IMG/VR virus record: IMGVR_UViG_3300033145_000788
Coordinates: 34,977-98,976 of that record
DNA: 64,000 nt
From: a virus
Reading direction: 5' to 3' (one strand)
Shown here one piece after another: positions 27,959 to 38,576 of this stretch; within the stretch, counting starts at the first letter, position 1, and each line of letters starts with the position of its first letter. The notes beneath the pieces are model-generated. The model was given only the letters and a program-made list of their open reading frames with translations, was not told the DNA's origin and ran no database searches. The translations under genes and the position numbers were made by a program.

Positions 27959-29657
27959 TGTGATAAAGGGAAAGTTTACGGACGAACAAATCCAAGCGTA
28001 TCTGGACGACAAGGCGAGCGGTGGAAACCCCTATTCCAAATACGCCGATGACCCGGTCGGATTCTGCGAGGAGGAGTTGGGTTGTACCCTGACCGATGAT
28101 ATCATTACGATGATGGAGGCCGTCCGAGATTACAGGGTTGTAATCGCCATATCGGGAAATGCGCCGGGCAAGACGTTTGCTGCCGCTCACATGGCCCATT
28201 GGTTTTACAAGTGTTTGCCTAATTCCCAGGTTATCTTGACGGCCCCGCATCCGGGCGAAGACAATCTAAAGAGAAAGTTGTGGGGGGAGATCGAGAAAGT
28301 ATTTGGGCATAATCCAATGGTCTTTAAGGACGACAGGATCGTTACCTTGGAGATTTCCCCGAAGGCCGATAACCGAGATCGTCAATATCGGCATTTTATT
28401 CAGGGGATTACGCTTCCGCAGTCGGGAAGTGAAGAGGAAAAAATTTCGAAACTTTCCGGATCGCATGCCGACAATATTATGTATATTTTGGATGAAGGAG
28501 ACGCTGTTCCTGAGTGGGCGTTCAAGGCCATTGATTCTTCGATGTCTGGCGGTAATGCCCGTCTCCTGATTATGTATAACCCGAAGAGGAAAGCCGGTGC
28601 CGCCTATAAGAAGATTCGGAGCGGTCAAGCCCATGTCGTTCGGCTGGATGTGTTGAAACATCCCAATGTTCTGACCGGAAAGATTATCGTCCCGGGCGGG
28701 GCAGTTACCCGGGAACAGACGGTTAAGAGGATCAATGAGTGGACGGAACCTCTCCCAAAGGAATATAAACCGGACGCCACTTGTTGGGAGATTCCTGATT
28801 TTCTGGTAGGCGCCACGGCGATAAGTGATAGTGGGAAGGAATTCCCCCCATTGGAAAAGGAATGGCGGAAGATCAAGGACGCCGAGTTCTATTACATGGT
28901 CCTGGGAGAGTATCCGGCGGAAGGTTCGGATCAGTTAATCGCCCAAGCGGATATAGACAAGGCTGTTTCGAGATGGAAGATTTTCGTGGCCGAACACGGA
29001 AAGGAACACGACATAAGACCAGTTATGGGTTGCGATGTGGCGGACAAGGGGCCGGATGAGAACGTGGCGTTTTTAAGATACGGTGAATTCATAGATGAGG
29101 CCAGATCCTTTAATGGGGTTGATCCGGACAAGGGTGCGGATTTGTTCGCCGACATCTGCATCGAGGAGAATGTTCTGTTCGCCAATGTCGAGTCGGATGG
29201 GCTCGGCATGGGGGTTGCCCCGCACATGAGCCGGATAGGATATTTCCGGTGTGAGTTCTGCGAAAAGAATTTCAGAGATGATCAGGTAAGTTCTTGTCCG
29301 GATTGCGAGAAGCCGATGAAATGGCATTGGATAGACGCCAGGCGGGTGATCATGAGTTCGGGGCCAACCGAAGAGGGGCCGGAGATAGGTCGGTTTAAGA
29401 ATATGCGGGACCAGTTGTGGTGGCAGTTGCGGGAATGGCTCAGGACTGATCCGGGAGCGATGCTTCCGCCGGACGATAAATTATTGGAGGAGTTGGCCAT
29501 TCCAACTTACGAGGTAAAACTCGGATACATTAGGATATCTTCCAGAGAAGATATAGTGGGTCTTCTTGGCCGGTCGCCAGACAGGGCGTCAGCCTTGATC
29601 CAGTGTTTATGCGAGGAGAGGCGTGATTTGCGGGTGAGGATGCTTGAGCATGGATAG
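27921..29657 (+). CDS. terL: Terminase large subunit
   Basis: Y.DDPVGF, Walker A SGNAPGKT, Walker B ILDEGD, VLGEYP; nuclease motifs GCDVA and SPDRA. Confidence 0.9.
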   Translation: MEAAKKQISDIIDVIKGKFTDEQIQAYLDDKASGGNPYSKYADDPVGFCEEELGCTLTDDIITMMEAVRDYRVVIAISGNAPGKTFAAAHMAHWFYKCLPNSQVILTAPHPGEDNLKRKLWGEIEKVFGHNPMVFKDDRIVTLEISPKADNRDRQYRHFIQGITLPQSGSEEEKISKLSGSHADNIMYILDEGDAVPEWAFKAIDSSMSGGNARLLIMYNPKRKAGAAYKKIRSGQAHVVRLDVLKHPNVLTGKIIVPGGAVTREQTVKRINEWTEPLPKEYKPDATCWEIPDFLVGATAISDSGKEFPPLEKEWRKIKDAEFYYMVLGEYPAEGSDQLIAQADIDKAVSRWKIFVAEHGKEHDIRPVMGCDVADKGPDENVAFLRYGEFIDEARSFNGVDPDKGADLFADICIEENVLFANVESDGLGMGVAPHMSRIGYFRCEFCEKNFRDDQVSSCPDCEKPMKWHWIDARRVIMSSGPTEEGPEIGRFKNMRDQLWWQLREWLRTDPGAMLPPDDKLLEELAIPTYEVKLGYIRISSREDIVGLLGRSPDRASALIQCLCEERRDLRVRMLEHG

Positions 29658-30021
29658 GAAAGGATTAGATTTTCTATATCGGCGGCTTTTTGAAATATGC
29701 AGAGATTGTTCACGGGAAGATTGGGATGGTTATGATGCCGTTCCTGTTCCTTTATCTGCATTTGTGGAGGCGGTGAAAGTTTTAAACTTATTACCTCTTG
29801 ATTTACCGTTGCCGGGAATTGGACCTGAACCGGGTGGGGAAATAGCCCTGGAATGGTACAAAGGAAAGGGGAATATATTTTCAATTGGAATTGGAGGGGA
29901 TGAGACGATTACTTACGCAGGATTATTTGGTCATGGTGAGGAGATTTGTGGGGTTGAAGATTTTAAAAACGAACTTCCTCCGGTAATAATACAGAATATT
30001 AGGCGTTTATATGATGAATAA
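29644..30021 (+). CDS. Hypothetical protein
   Basis: DWDGYDA...P.PGGEIALEW motif. Confidence 0.55.
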   Translation: MSMDRKGLDFLYRRLFEICRDCSREDWDGYDAVPVPLSAFVEAVKVLNLLPLDLPLPGIGPEPGGEIALEWYKGKGNIFSIGIGGDETITYAGLFGHGEEICGVEDFKNELPPVIIQNIRRLYDE

Positions 30022-30034
30022 TAAAGGATTGACA

Positions 30035-30253
30035 ATGAATAAATGGATAAAAGTAGAAAATGAATTACCGAAAATTGGTGACAGATGGTATCTTATCATG
30101 TTGTGGAACAAGTGGGTTTCCATAGCATACTATTTTCAAGATTCTTATGGCCATTGGTGGAGTACTCAATGGGATATTTGGGATAAAGAATATAGTGACG
30201 GTGAAGTAACACATTGGCAAGAGTTGCCAGAAAAACCTAAGAAGATAAAATGA
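30035..30253 (+). CDS. DUF551 family protein
   Basis: KWIKVENELP...VTHWQELPEKP. Confidence 0.8.
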   Translation: MNKWIKVENELPKIGDRWYLIMLWNKWVSIAYYFQDSYGHWWSTQWDIWDKEYSDGEVTHWQELPEKPKKIK

Positions 30254-30365
30254 AAGGAATTTTTATAGCACCATGTAAAAAGAAGATTCTTTTTACCAAA
30301 AAGATTCGGGTTAAGACGAGCGAGCTTCCAAGATGGAAGCCTAAGATAATATTAGGAAAGGAGAA

Positions 30366-30716
30366 ATGCCCGAACACATAGTTAATTTTCTACCGTATAA
30401 GAGAAAAAGGCCCCCTAAAAAGGCCAAAGTAAAGAAAGACGAGCCTCCGAAGAAGAGGCCCAGAGTAATACTAAGGAAAAGAAAGGATAGACTGATGGAA
30501 GGAAAAAGGCTTTTGATGATCGAATTTGATTCCTGCGAAGAGTGCCCCTATAACATAAAGCAGAAGGCGAAGACGGGGACGAAGATGGTGCGGGTATGTT
30601 CCCAGTTCGGGGACGGCAAGACCCGGGCTATCAAGCTGAAGAAGGGCGAGAAGGTCCCGGAGTGGTGTCCGCTCCCGATAGCGGAATTCATTAGGCGGTA
30701 CGGGATTCCGGTATGA
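30366..30716 (+). CDS. Hypothetical protein (C..C...PEWCPL)
   Basis: SCEECPY...VPEWCPLP motif. Confidence 0.55.
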   Translation: MPEHIVNFLPYKRKRPPKKAKVKKDEPPKKRPRVILRKRKDRLMEGKRLLMIEFDSCEECPYNIKQKAKTGTKMVRVCSQFGDGKTRAIKLKKGEKVPEWCPLPIAEFIRRYGIPV

Positions 30717-30985
30717 GGACTGAAAAAGAGATTAGGGATTTATTGGAAAAATGTGACGAGGTTAATTATGGGGCGTTGTCAAGTGGCCCATGTCCCTTAT
30801 ATCCAGAGCCTCGTTATGATGGGGATGAACGGATTGCTTCACAACGAACGACAGATAACCTGCTTTATATAGTTGATGAGGCTTTGGGTGTACCTGACGC
30901 CATCTATCTCGCCATTGAAGAATGGGTTGAAAATATTGCAAGTGGTACTGCAAAAATGAAGGATTAAAGGTAAAGGAGAAGAGTA

Positions 30986-31261
30986 ATGGCACACGCAGAA
31001 AGATGTCCGATTTGTAATGGAAACGGAACAATAAAAACAACCCAGGATGACGGAACCACGCTTGGTTCAGTAGAACTACAAGAAACTTGTCATGGTTGTG
31101 ATGGCAAGGGATGGGTTACAGTTTCAGATGGTCAAGGATATTACGGAGATCATTACAATGATCCTCCGATTTATGATCCATTCCCTCGTTGGCCGTATCC
31201 TTGGCGGATTAGTGGAGGGACTAATGAAATTATAACTTGTGAAATAGAGATTCCAACGTAA
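30986..31261 (+). CDS. DnaJ-type zinc finger protein
   Basis: CPICNGNG...CHGCDGKG. Confidence 0.7.
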   Translation: MAHAERCPICNGNGTIKTTQDDGTTLGSVELQETCHGCDGKGWVTVSDGQGYYGDHYNDPPIYDPFPRWPYPWRISGGTNEIITCEIEIPT

Positions 31262-31466
31262 AATGCGAATCTTAGTAACAGACCTGGTGGAAATCCCCAA
31301 TGACAGTTTCTGGATATGGGCGACGGCGGCCACGATGTACGGATGCCCGTTTTCCAAGGAAGATTTCCAGAAACTTTTGGACAAGGGGAGGGTTGGTTAC
31401 ACAACCCAATCCGGGCGGTTCAAAACGCACGTGACCTATGAGGTCATGGACGAGGCGGCACATTAG

Positions 31467-32864
31467 ATGAAACTTTTTGGGATTGAAATAAAGAAAGCGA
31501 AGAGGGGAGAAGGAGCGGCCAATAACCCCCTGGCGGGAATAATGCTTGCCCCGCATCAGTATGGCCGAGAGCTTACCACCGACAGGGACGTGGAATCTCT
31601 GCTCAAGGCTTATCGGTCATGGGTGTATGTTTGCGCGAACAAGAATGCCACGACTGTGGCCAGTATCCCCTTGAAACTCTATGTGGCTAAGGGGAGCAAG
31701 GGCAAGGGCATAAAGGGCTGGGAGACCAGGGCGATAACGAAGGAGAAGGAAGTCTTTCTCCGGGAGAACCCCGTTTTGAATCAGATCCCGGCGGTCAGGA
31801 AGGCGGTTGAGATTGAGGAGCTGTTAGAGCATCCGTTCCTGGATTTGATGAGACAGGTCAACCAGTTCATGAATCAATTCAGTCTCTGGGAGATCACGGA
31901 ATTATATCAGGAGCTAGCCGGGAACGCCTACTGGCTCGTGGTGGATGGTCCGATGGGGATACCGCAGGAGATATGGCCGATCACGCCCCAGAACATTAAG
32001 ATTGTCCCCGATCAGAAGAAATTCATCAGGGGATATAATTACAAGATCGGGATGACCGAGAAATTCTTCGAGGAATCTCAGATAATCCACTTCAAAATGC
32101 CATCTCCCACGAGTCAATTTTATGGTAAGTCTCCTTTGTCGGCTGTGACCGATATGTACAACATCGGCCAGAATATGAATATATTTGAGAATGCGGTGTT
32201 CAGCAATATGGGTCGGGTTGAAGGTATATTTACGACTAAGGATGAACTTTATCCTGCGGGCCATGAACGGCTCAAGGAAGAAATTAAACAGGCTTTTGGA
32301 GGGGTTAAGAATGCGGGTAAGTCTCCACTTTTGCCACCGAGTGTTGATTATAAATCGATTGGATTGAGTCCGAGAGAATTGAATTTTATCCAGGGCAGGA
32401 AAAGCGTCAAGGAGGAAATCTGCAATGCCTATGGCCAGAGCGTCGCCATGTATGATAAGGAGTCTAACCGGGCAAATGCAGAGGCTGCCAATTATATGTT
32501 CTTGAAGGATACCATCCGGCCCCGGTGCATCCGTATCGAGGAAAAGCTGAACGAGAAATTTATGCCTCGATATGACGAAAGTGGAAATTTATTCGTGGCC
32601 TTTGATAATTGCGTGCCGGCGGACCGGGATGCCCGGTTGAAGGAAATGGAGACCCGGCTCAAGACCGGATACAGTTCGATAAACCAGGAGCGCCAGATAG
32701 ACAATCAGGAAGGGGTGGAATGGGGAGATTTACCGATCTTGCCTCAGACTATGGTTCCCCTCGGATCGGCACCTCCGGCCGGGGAAGGGGCTACGGAAGA
32801 GGAATTGCACGTGTTTAGTCTGAAGGTTGCTGAAATGGTGGAAGAGAAATTGAGCGGGCAATAG
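31467..32864 (+). CDS. Portal protein (HK97-type)
   Basis: VYVCANKNA..VASIPL, HPFLDL, LAGNAY, IIHFK, YGKSPL, INQER. Confidence 0.92.
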   Translation: MKLFGIEIKKAKRGEGAANNPLAGIMLAPHQYGRELTTDRDVESLLKAYRSWVYVCANKNATTVASIPLKLYVAKGSKGKGIKGWETRAITKEKEVFLRENPVLNQIPAVRKAVEIEELLEHPFLDLMRQVNQFMNQFSLWEITELYQELAGNAYWLVVDGPMGIPQEIWPITPQNIKIVPDQKKFIRGYNYKIGMTEKFFEESQIIHFKMPSPTSQFYGKSPLSAVTDMYNIGQNMNIFENAVFSNMGRVEGIFTTKDELYPAGHERLKEEIKQAFGGVKNAGKSPLLPPSVDYKSIGLSPRELNFIQGRKSVKEEICNAYGQSVAMYDKESNRANAEAANYMFLKDTIRPRCIRIEEKLNEKFMPRYDESGNLFVAFDNCVPADRDARLKEMETRLKTGYSSINQERQIDNQEGVEWGDLPILPQTMVPLGSAPPAGEGATEEELHVFSLKVAEMVEEKLSGQ

Positions 32865-32875
32865 TTTGATGTAGT

Positions 32876-33002
32876 ATGGAGCCAGCGCTGGCTCCATTAA
32901 TCCGGTGGGAGCCGCTTGAATTGCGCCTCTTCAGCTAGCACCCGGATAATAAGACGCCAGCCGGCTGATATAAGGACGGTCAAGATCGGGCCGTCCTTAT
33001 AT
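32876..33002. other. Multi-hairpin intergenic element
   Basis: Perfect 22-bp palindrome 32876-32897; stem around 32900-32947; 14-bp stem 32968-32981/32989-33002. Confidence 0.5.
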
Positions 33003-33118
33003 TTTAAAAGATTAGACCAAGCGGGTAAAGCCTGGGTAAACCGTGATGCCGGTAGGGTGGCATAAGCATATTGTAAATATGCCGGCCCCAGGGGCCGCTA
33101 TTTTTACGGAGAAATGAG

Positions 33119-33532
33119 ATGGAAATCATAAACGGAGAGATCGTGGAGGGAGGCATGGAGATCATAAACGGAGAAGTCCAAGGTGCCGGGATAGGATATT
33201 TTGATGTCCAGTATGATTCCGGGAGTAGTGCTATTACCATGACCAGTGATAGTTTTGCCAAGAGATATGTGATAGATACAACTTCAAGCAAAGTTATTAA
33301 TCTATTGCCCTGTGCGGCTGGTCATATAGATAAGGCGGTTGAAATCGTCCATATGAATACGGGGAACATTACGATTAATGCGAGCGGTTCCGATACAATC
33401 GCCGACTCATCGGCCGGCGGAACGCTCATGATTTCGAGTGGGATTGGTGATGGGGCAATGGTTCGTTTGGTGGTTGACACTGCTACTTCCTGGGGATATG
33501 GCGTCGTTGCTGGACCTTGGGCGACTGCATAG
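33119..33532 (+). CDS. Putative virion fibre/decoration domain protein
   Basis: Beta-rich (INLLP...GNITINASGSDTI), resembling tail-fibre C-terminal modules. Confidence 0.5.
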   Translation: MEIINGEIVEGGMEIINGEVQGAGIGYFDVQYDSGSSAITMTSDSFAKRYVIDTTSSKVINLLPCAAGHIDKAVEIVHMNTGNITINASGSDTIADSSAGGTLMISSGIGDGAMVRLVVDTATSWGYGVVAGPWATA

Positions 33533-33542
33533 GAGGTTTGAC

Positions 33543-33758
33543 ATGAGAGCATTTTTGACAGGATTTTTCAGGGAAGACAACGGGAACCCCTCGATGTCCC
33601 GGTTGGTGACATTCCTGGTGGTTGGTGTAATTCTGTTCCATTGGATTTACGCGATATTGCTCAGTCAAGGGAAGGCGGGGATTGATGCTTATGAAATAAC
33701 GCTTCTTGGTATTGCAATGGGCAATAAGATTGTTTCTAAACTAACGGAGAGGGGATAA
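33543..33758 (+). CDS. Holin-like small membrane protein
   Basis: FREDNGNPSMSRL followed by two TM helices; RBS AGGAGG. Confidence 0.5.
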   Translation: MRAFLTGFFREDNGNPSMSRLVTFLVVGVILFHWIYAILLSQGKAGIDAYEITLLGIAMGNKIVSKLTERG

Positions 33759-33773
33759 TCACGGAGACTTGAA

Positions 33774-35744
33774 ATGAAAAGACTGACTGTTTTTCTGGTC
33801 GTCCTTGTGACGGCCTTTTTTATTGCCACGGCAACGGCCCGTGCCATCCGGTGGCGGGGATATGAGCCCCAAACCGTGATAAAAGTGTCCGGGGTGGGTG
33901 GGGACTATACAACCATCCAGGCTGCGTTGACTGCCAATGCGACTGAGAATATCGTGATCCAGGTTTATCCTGGGACCTATACCGATGACACAATTACCTT
34001 TACGGCCGACAATCAAACGATCCGGGGAATGGGGTTGACTGCAAATCAGATTGTGACCACGGCCGATGCGGCGATAGTGGATTACGGAGCCTATGCGAAT
34101 TGCAGGATTGAAAATATTAAGATTACAATGACTAATCCTACAACCGATAAGGTGATGATTACAGGAACGGGATTTCTCAAGTTGAGGTGGTGTCATTTAG
34201 GATTGGCGGCCTCGAATGTAAACGCCTCCGAGGCCCGGATATTTGGAGGGACGGGCGATGTCACAATGACGTTTGGAACGATTGACTATGATAACGATTC
34301 CGATGATGGCACCGCTTACAAGGCTCCTATTCTCCTTGAGTCGGGTTCTTCTTACTGTTTCAGGAAGGTTATCATTGATATAGACGGGACTAATGCATCG
34401 GCGGTGACCACTACTTTTTTTGGGGCTGGAACGGGGGTTTTCGATCTCTATCGTTGCGTTATGGACGTCGTTGATACCGGGGCCACCTTAACGGTGGGAT
34501 TTGGATATTTGACCGGGGAGGGAACTTCTGAGACGTATGGAAATACGATCCATGTCACGGGTGCGGCTACTGAGACTGCTTATGGGGGATATCTGGCCTC
34601 CGGTACTTCCATGGTCTTTCGTTCAATGTATAATCATATTCATGTTTTGGCGGCTGGAGGGACGGCCAATAGTTGGGTCATTGGAGCCAATTGTACTGTG
34701 GTTAGCCAGTTCGATGATATCATTGCCGCAGACGGAGCGAGCGTTACCGGGACTTATACATATCTTAATTCTCCTTCTGATGGGCAATTGGGAACGTCGA
34801 GTACAACGGTCGTGACTAATTTGAATGCCGATTTGCTTGACGGAGAATCCGCTACGGCCTTTCAGGATGCCAATGCAAATTTAACCACCTATGCAGGAAT
34901 CGCTCCTACTGCCGATGTTCAAACATTTCTCGCCAATGCTGCTGACTTTGAAATAGACGCCGATGGCAATATAACTGGAAAAAGCTGGACGAGTGCAAAG
35001 CAGAACGGTGTTCCTGGATATTCAGGGGTTTATGGTGCCGAGGGTGCAGAGACTTGGCAGACATTTTGGGAAGGTGCAGCGAACCTTGCCAACCATGTCT
35101 ATTTAAAGCATCCAAATACAGGTCCACAGGCAGCAAATCAAATCATGTTATTTCCTACTGAAGATGGCAACCATCGTTCAACATATGCCTGGATGACAGC
35201 CTTTGGATGGAAGGCAATCTCTGTTGATCCATCCGCCTTTGTCTGCGATGGCACAAACTGCACCGATCCTGAAAAAACTCAAATCAATGGGGGGCCCACC
35301 ACCTGGATGGTTTGTTGTGCTGATGCCGCTGGAGTTTTTGAGTTTAAGATTCCTCAAATGCCCGATAATTGGGACGGCGGCGATATACATATAATGCTCG
35401 ATGTTTACTCTGCTGAGGGTACGCCTGCAGGAACGATTTCGTTTTTGGTTGAACTACAGGCACGTGGGCATGGTGTTATAATTGACAATACTTGGGTTAC
35501 TTTAAATGGAGCTATTTACTTTGAAGACGCTGAAACAGCAGGCACAACTGTTGATATACAATATGGTCTGTTTCAATCTGAGAACATAACTGCAATGGCG
35601 GCAGCAGGAGCGGGAAGGGATGTATTATTTGTCCGCAATACTCGTGATTACGATGATGCTACTCATGACACATCAACTCAAGAAATTCGCATTTTGGGTG
35701 CAACAGTCTTTTACAAGATTGATGAACTTGAGGAGAGAGATTAA
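33774..35744 (+). CDS. Signal-peptide-bearing beta-helix protein
   Basis: MKR + hydrophobic stretch + ARA; GDYTTIQAAL...VYPGTY pectin-lyase-like start; NLNADLLDG fibre motif. Confidence 0.65.
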   Translation: MKRLTVFLVVLVTAFFIATATARAIRWRGYEPQTVIKVSGVGGDYTTIQAALTANATENIVIQVYPGTYTDDTITFTADNQTIRGMGLTANQIVTTADAAIVDYGAYANCRIENIKITMTNPTTDKVMITGTGFLKLRWCHLGLAASNVNASEARIFGGTGDVTMTFGTIDYDNDSDDGTAYKAPILLESGSSYCFRKVIIDIDGTNASAVTTTFFGAGTGVFDLYRCVMDVVDTGATLTVGFGYLTGEGTSETYGNTIHVTGAATETAYGGYLASGTSMVFRSMYNHIHVLAAGGTANSWVIGANCTVVSQFDDIIAADGASVTGTYTYLNSPSDGQLGTSSTTVVTNLNADLLDGESATAFQDANANLTTYAGIAPTADVQTFLANAADFEIDADGNITGKSWTSAKQNGVPGYSGVYGAEGAETWQTFWEGAANLANHVYLKHPNTGPQAANQIMLFPTEDGNHRSTYAWMTAFGWKAISVDPSAFVCDGTNCTDPEKTQINGGPTTWMVCCADAAGVFEFKIPQMPDNWDGGDIHIMLDVYSAEGTPAGTISFLVELQARGHGVIIDNTWVTLNGAIYFEDAETAGTTVDIQYGLFQSENITAMAAAGAGRDVLFVRNTRDYDDATHDTSTQEIRILGATVFYKIDELEERD

Positions 35745-36490
35745 TGAAGCAACTTTTTATTAGCATATTATTTCTTCTATTCTTAGTCACACCTTGCTAT
35801 GGTTTTCAACTCATAACAGGTACTCCTCCAATAGAAGTTGCTGCTCTCATTCATTCTGATGATTGGGAAACAGATGACTTCTCTAAATGGGATTCTGAGT
35901 TTGATCCAGATGGTGATTTAAGCACTCAAGCTGCTCCAGGTGTTGGACATGGCACTTATTCATACGAAATTATCGTTGACGATACTGATAGTTGTCATCT
36001 TGAAGAAATCTTTGCCGAAGGTTATAGCGAGTTCACGATTGTCTGGTATATGTATTTCATTGCAGGAACGGGAGTAACGGATAATAAATATATCATGCTC
36101 ATTCGTGTCGTAGATGCTGATACTAATAGTATCTTTTATCTACGACTCTATATTGGAGCTTCTACTAATACTTTTGATAGACATGATGTTTATTACACAC
36201 ATGATAGTGGAACTTCTCATAGTGATTGGGACCTGGATTATGAAGCAACTGCAACTTGGTATAAGTACGAATTTTATATGAAGAAGGCAACCGCTCCGTT
36301 AGCAAATGATGGCATCGTTAGATTTTGGGTAGATGATGTCTTGCGGGTAGAATTAACTAACGTTGACAGTGATGGTATCAATGACGCCAAAGCAATCCGA
36401 CTTGGAGTTTATGCAACAGATTTTGACCAAACTGATTGGGTCTTTTATTTAGATGATTACCAATTCTGGTCAGGATATAAGGATTTTTAA
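35744..36490 (+). CDS. Signal-peptide-bearing LamG/jelly-roll protein
   Basis: MKQLF...CYG signal; DDWETDDFSKW...WYKYEFY...DGIVRFWVD...YLDD. Confidence 0.6.
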   Translation: MKQLFISILFLLFLVTPCYGFQLITGTPPIEVAALIHSDDWETDDFSKWDSEFDPDGDLSTQAAPGVGHGTYSYEIIVDDTDSCHLEEIFAEGYSEFTIVWYMYFIAGTGVTDNKYIMLIRVVDADTNSIFYLRLYIGASTNTFDRHDVYYTHDSGTSHSDWDLDYEATATWYKYEFYMKKATAPLANDGIVRFWVDDVLRVELTNVDSDGINDAKAIRLGVYATDFDQTDWVFYLDDYQFWSGYKDF

Positions 36491-38509
36491 ATGAAAAAAG
36501 TTTTATTAACTATTCTTCTCATTCTTCTTGTCTCACCTTGTTGGGCGGCAGATTGGTATGTCCGTCCTGCTGGTGGTGTTTATGGTCCTCCAGAGGATGG
36601 CTCCGATTATGATCATGCTTGGGATGGCTTGCTGAATGTCGTCTGGGGTGAAGGTGGTGTCGAAGCTGGTGATACTCTTTACGTCTGTGGATTACATCTT
36701 TATGATGCGCCTGTTTATCCTGGCAACACTGGCTGTGATATTAATATAGTTACCGGAACAGGCGAAGATACAAGAATTGTCATTCGTGGAGATTATCCAG
36801 GAGATCCAGGTATAGTTTGGGGAGGACATATACCTACTTATGCCGTAAATGACACTGGTTGGGAACAGCAAGGTGCTCCTAATACTAATGTGTATAAATT
36901 AGCATTAATTGGTTCAGCCGCAGGAGATTGGGTTTTTCGAGATGTAACACCAGGAGATCCCGATGGAGTTCTTCTTGATTGGGAATATGACGCTGATGTC
37001 CCAACAGCAATAGCATTAGTTCAGGCCAATGAGGACTCCTCTTTTTGGGATAGTGCTAATGCACATCTCTATGTTCATGTGCAGGGAGGTGGCGAACCTG
37101 CTCCAGGAACTATTGTTATCAATAAATATGGCTATGATTTTAAAATGGCTGATATGTCATATATCACCTTTTACAAGCTAACTTTTTATGCACCATATAG
37201 AATGTTCTCGTATAGTACAGGATCATTTACTGGTACTCATATTACATGGGAGGGATGTACTCTTTTATATGGAGAAGGAGGCGGCATAATTCAACCAGGC
37301 CTTAATTGTCATTATATGAATGTTATTGACTGTGAGATAGGTTATGCTGGAAATGGGCTTTATTGGACAGCAGGATCATCAAACTTGGCTGCCTCTCATT
37401 ATATCATTCGTGGGAACTATATTCACGATATTGGATGTGACGCACGAACTGCAGGAGGTGATGGTCACGCTATTGGCATACAAGGTGGTCATGATGGATT
37501 AATCGAAGATAATTATTGTATAAATACAGGAATGGTTATCCTTTTGTACACGTATGGAAGTCAAAGTCTTACAGATACTATCATCAGATATAATACAGTT
37601 ATAAATCCTCATGCTTTGGGTAATCAATATGGTATCTCACTCCAGATGAGTACTGATAGTATTGCAGTCAAAACAGGAATCGAAATATATGCAAACAGAA
37701 TTATTAATTGTGATCCTGGAATAAGAATTACTCAACTTAGGGATGAGGTCAAAGTATACAATAATATTATGCGAGATTGTGGAACCAGTCTTTATGTTGC
37801 TGGTGAAGCTACAGTTTTAGATATCACGAATGGAACAGATGCGATAATTAAAGGGGCAGATTTAGTAGGAACGGAAAGTGGAGCGACAGCAAGAGTCCAG
37901 GATACCTCGCAATTAACTGGATCAGCTCCAAATAGAACTGGAACAATGTCTGTAGATTTGGAAACTGGAGACTTCCAAGTTGGGGAAGATATCATCATTG
38001 ATGGAGCACCAGGAGTGATAGTAGCCGTTGCATCATCTGCATTTCATTATCTTGGTGTAAATGTCAATTTTAAAAATAATATATCTGTAAATCCAACGAA
38101 TCTACATATTTACTTTGATGTAGGTCCACAGGGAGAACAGGGAGTTCTTACTTCTAACTATAATTGCTTTCATCCTGATTGTGATATAGCTGAGGACTGT
38201 TTCCAAGATGTTCGAGGAGATGATGCTCTTGTTGACTTTGCAAAGTGGCAAATAACAAGCTTTAGTCCAGATGCGAATTCAAATACAACTGACCCAGATC
38301 TTGGGACAAATGATGTTCCTGGTGTTTGGATGACTGGAACTGCTGACGTTGGAGATATTGAACTCATTGCTCCATTGACTAATCACTGGCCAGCAGAATC
38401 AAATGACAATGTGATAGTAACATTCCCTTGGAAAATGTTTGGAGATGCTCCTTCAATGGGAGTATTTAATCATGCAAATCCTAATAGATTCGGAGCGACG
38501 ATACAGTAG
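36491..38509 (+). CDS. Signal-peptide-bearing right-handed beta-helix protein
   Basis: MKK...CWA signal; WYVRP..G.DGSDY.HAW, AGDTLYVCG, IRGNYIHD repeats. Confidence 0.7.
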   Translation: MKKVLLTILLILLVSPCWAADWYVRPAGGVYGPPEDGSDYDHAWDGLLNVVWGEGGVEAGDTLYVCGLHLYDAPVYPGNTGCDINIVTGTGEDTRIVIRGDYPGDPGIVWGGHIPTYAVNDTGWEQQGAPNTNVYKLALIGSAAGDWVFRDVTPGDPDGVLLDWEYDADVPTAIALVQANEDSSFWDSANAHLYVHVQGGGEPAPGTIVINKYGYDFKMADMSYITFYKLTFYAPYRMFSYSTGSFTGTHITWEGCTLLYGEGGGIIQPGLNCHYMNVIDCEIGYAGNGLYWTAGSSNLAASHYIIRGNYIHDIGCDARTAGGDGHAIGIQGGHDGLIEDNYCINTGMVILLYTYGSQSLTDTIIRYNTVINPHALGNQYGISLQMSTDSIAVKTGIEIYANRIINCDPGIRITQLRDEVKVYNNIMRDCGTSLYVAGEATVLDITNGTDAIIKGADLVGTESGATARVQDTSQLTGSAPNRTGTMSVDLETGDFQVGEDIIIDGAPGVIVAVASSAFHYLGVNVNFKNNISVNPTNLHIYFDVGPQGEQGVLTSNYNCFHPDCDIAEDCFQDVRGDDALVDFAKWQITSFSPDANSNTTDPDLGTNDVPGVWMTGTADVGDIELIAPLTNHWPAESNDNVIVTFPWKMFGDAPSMGVFNHANPNRFGATIQ

Positions 38510-38576
38510 GAGGATATATGGCTAACAATCAGAATCTTTTTATTCCGCCACAAGTAACCAGAACATCTTTAACCGG

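Noticed and set aside
33119-33178. 36-nt-period duplication (MEIINGE twice)
   Set aside because: Only two copies, coding, and without dual-repeat/spacer structure; not a TIGR array.
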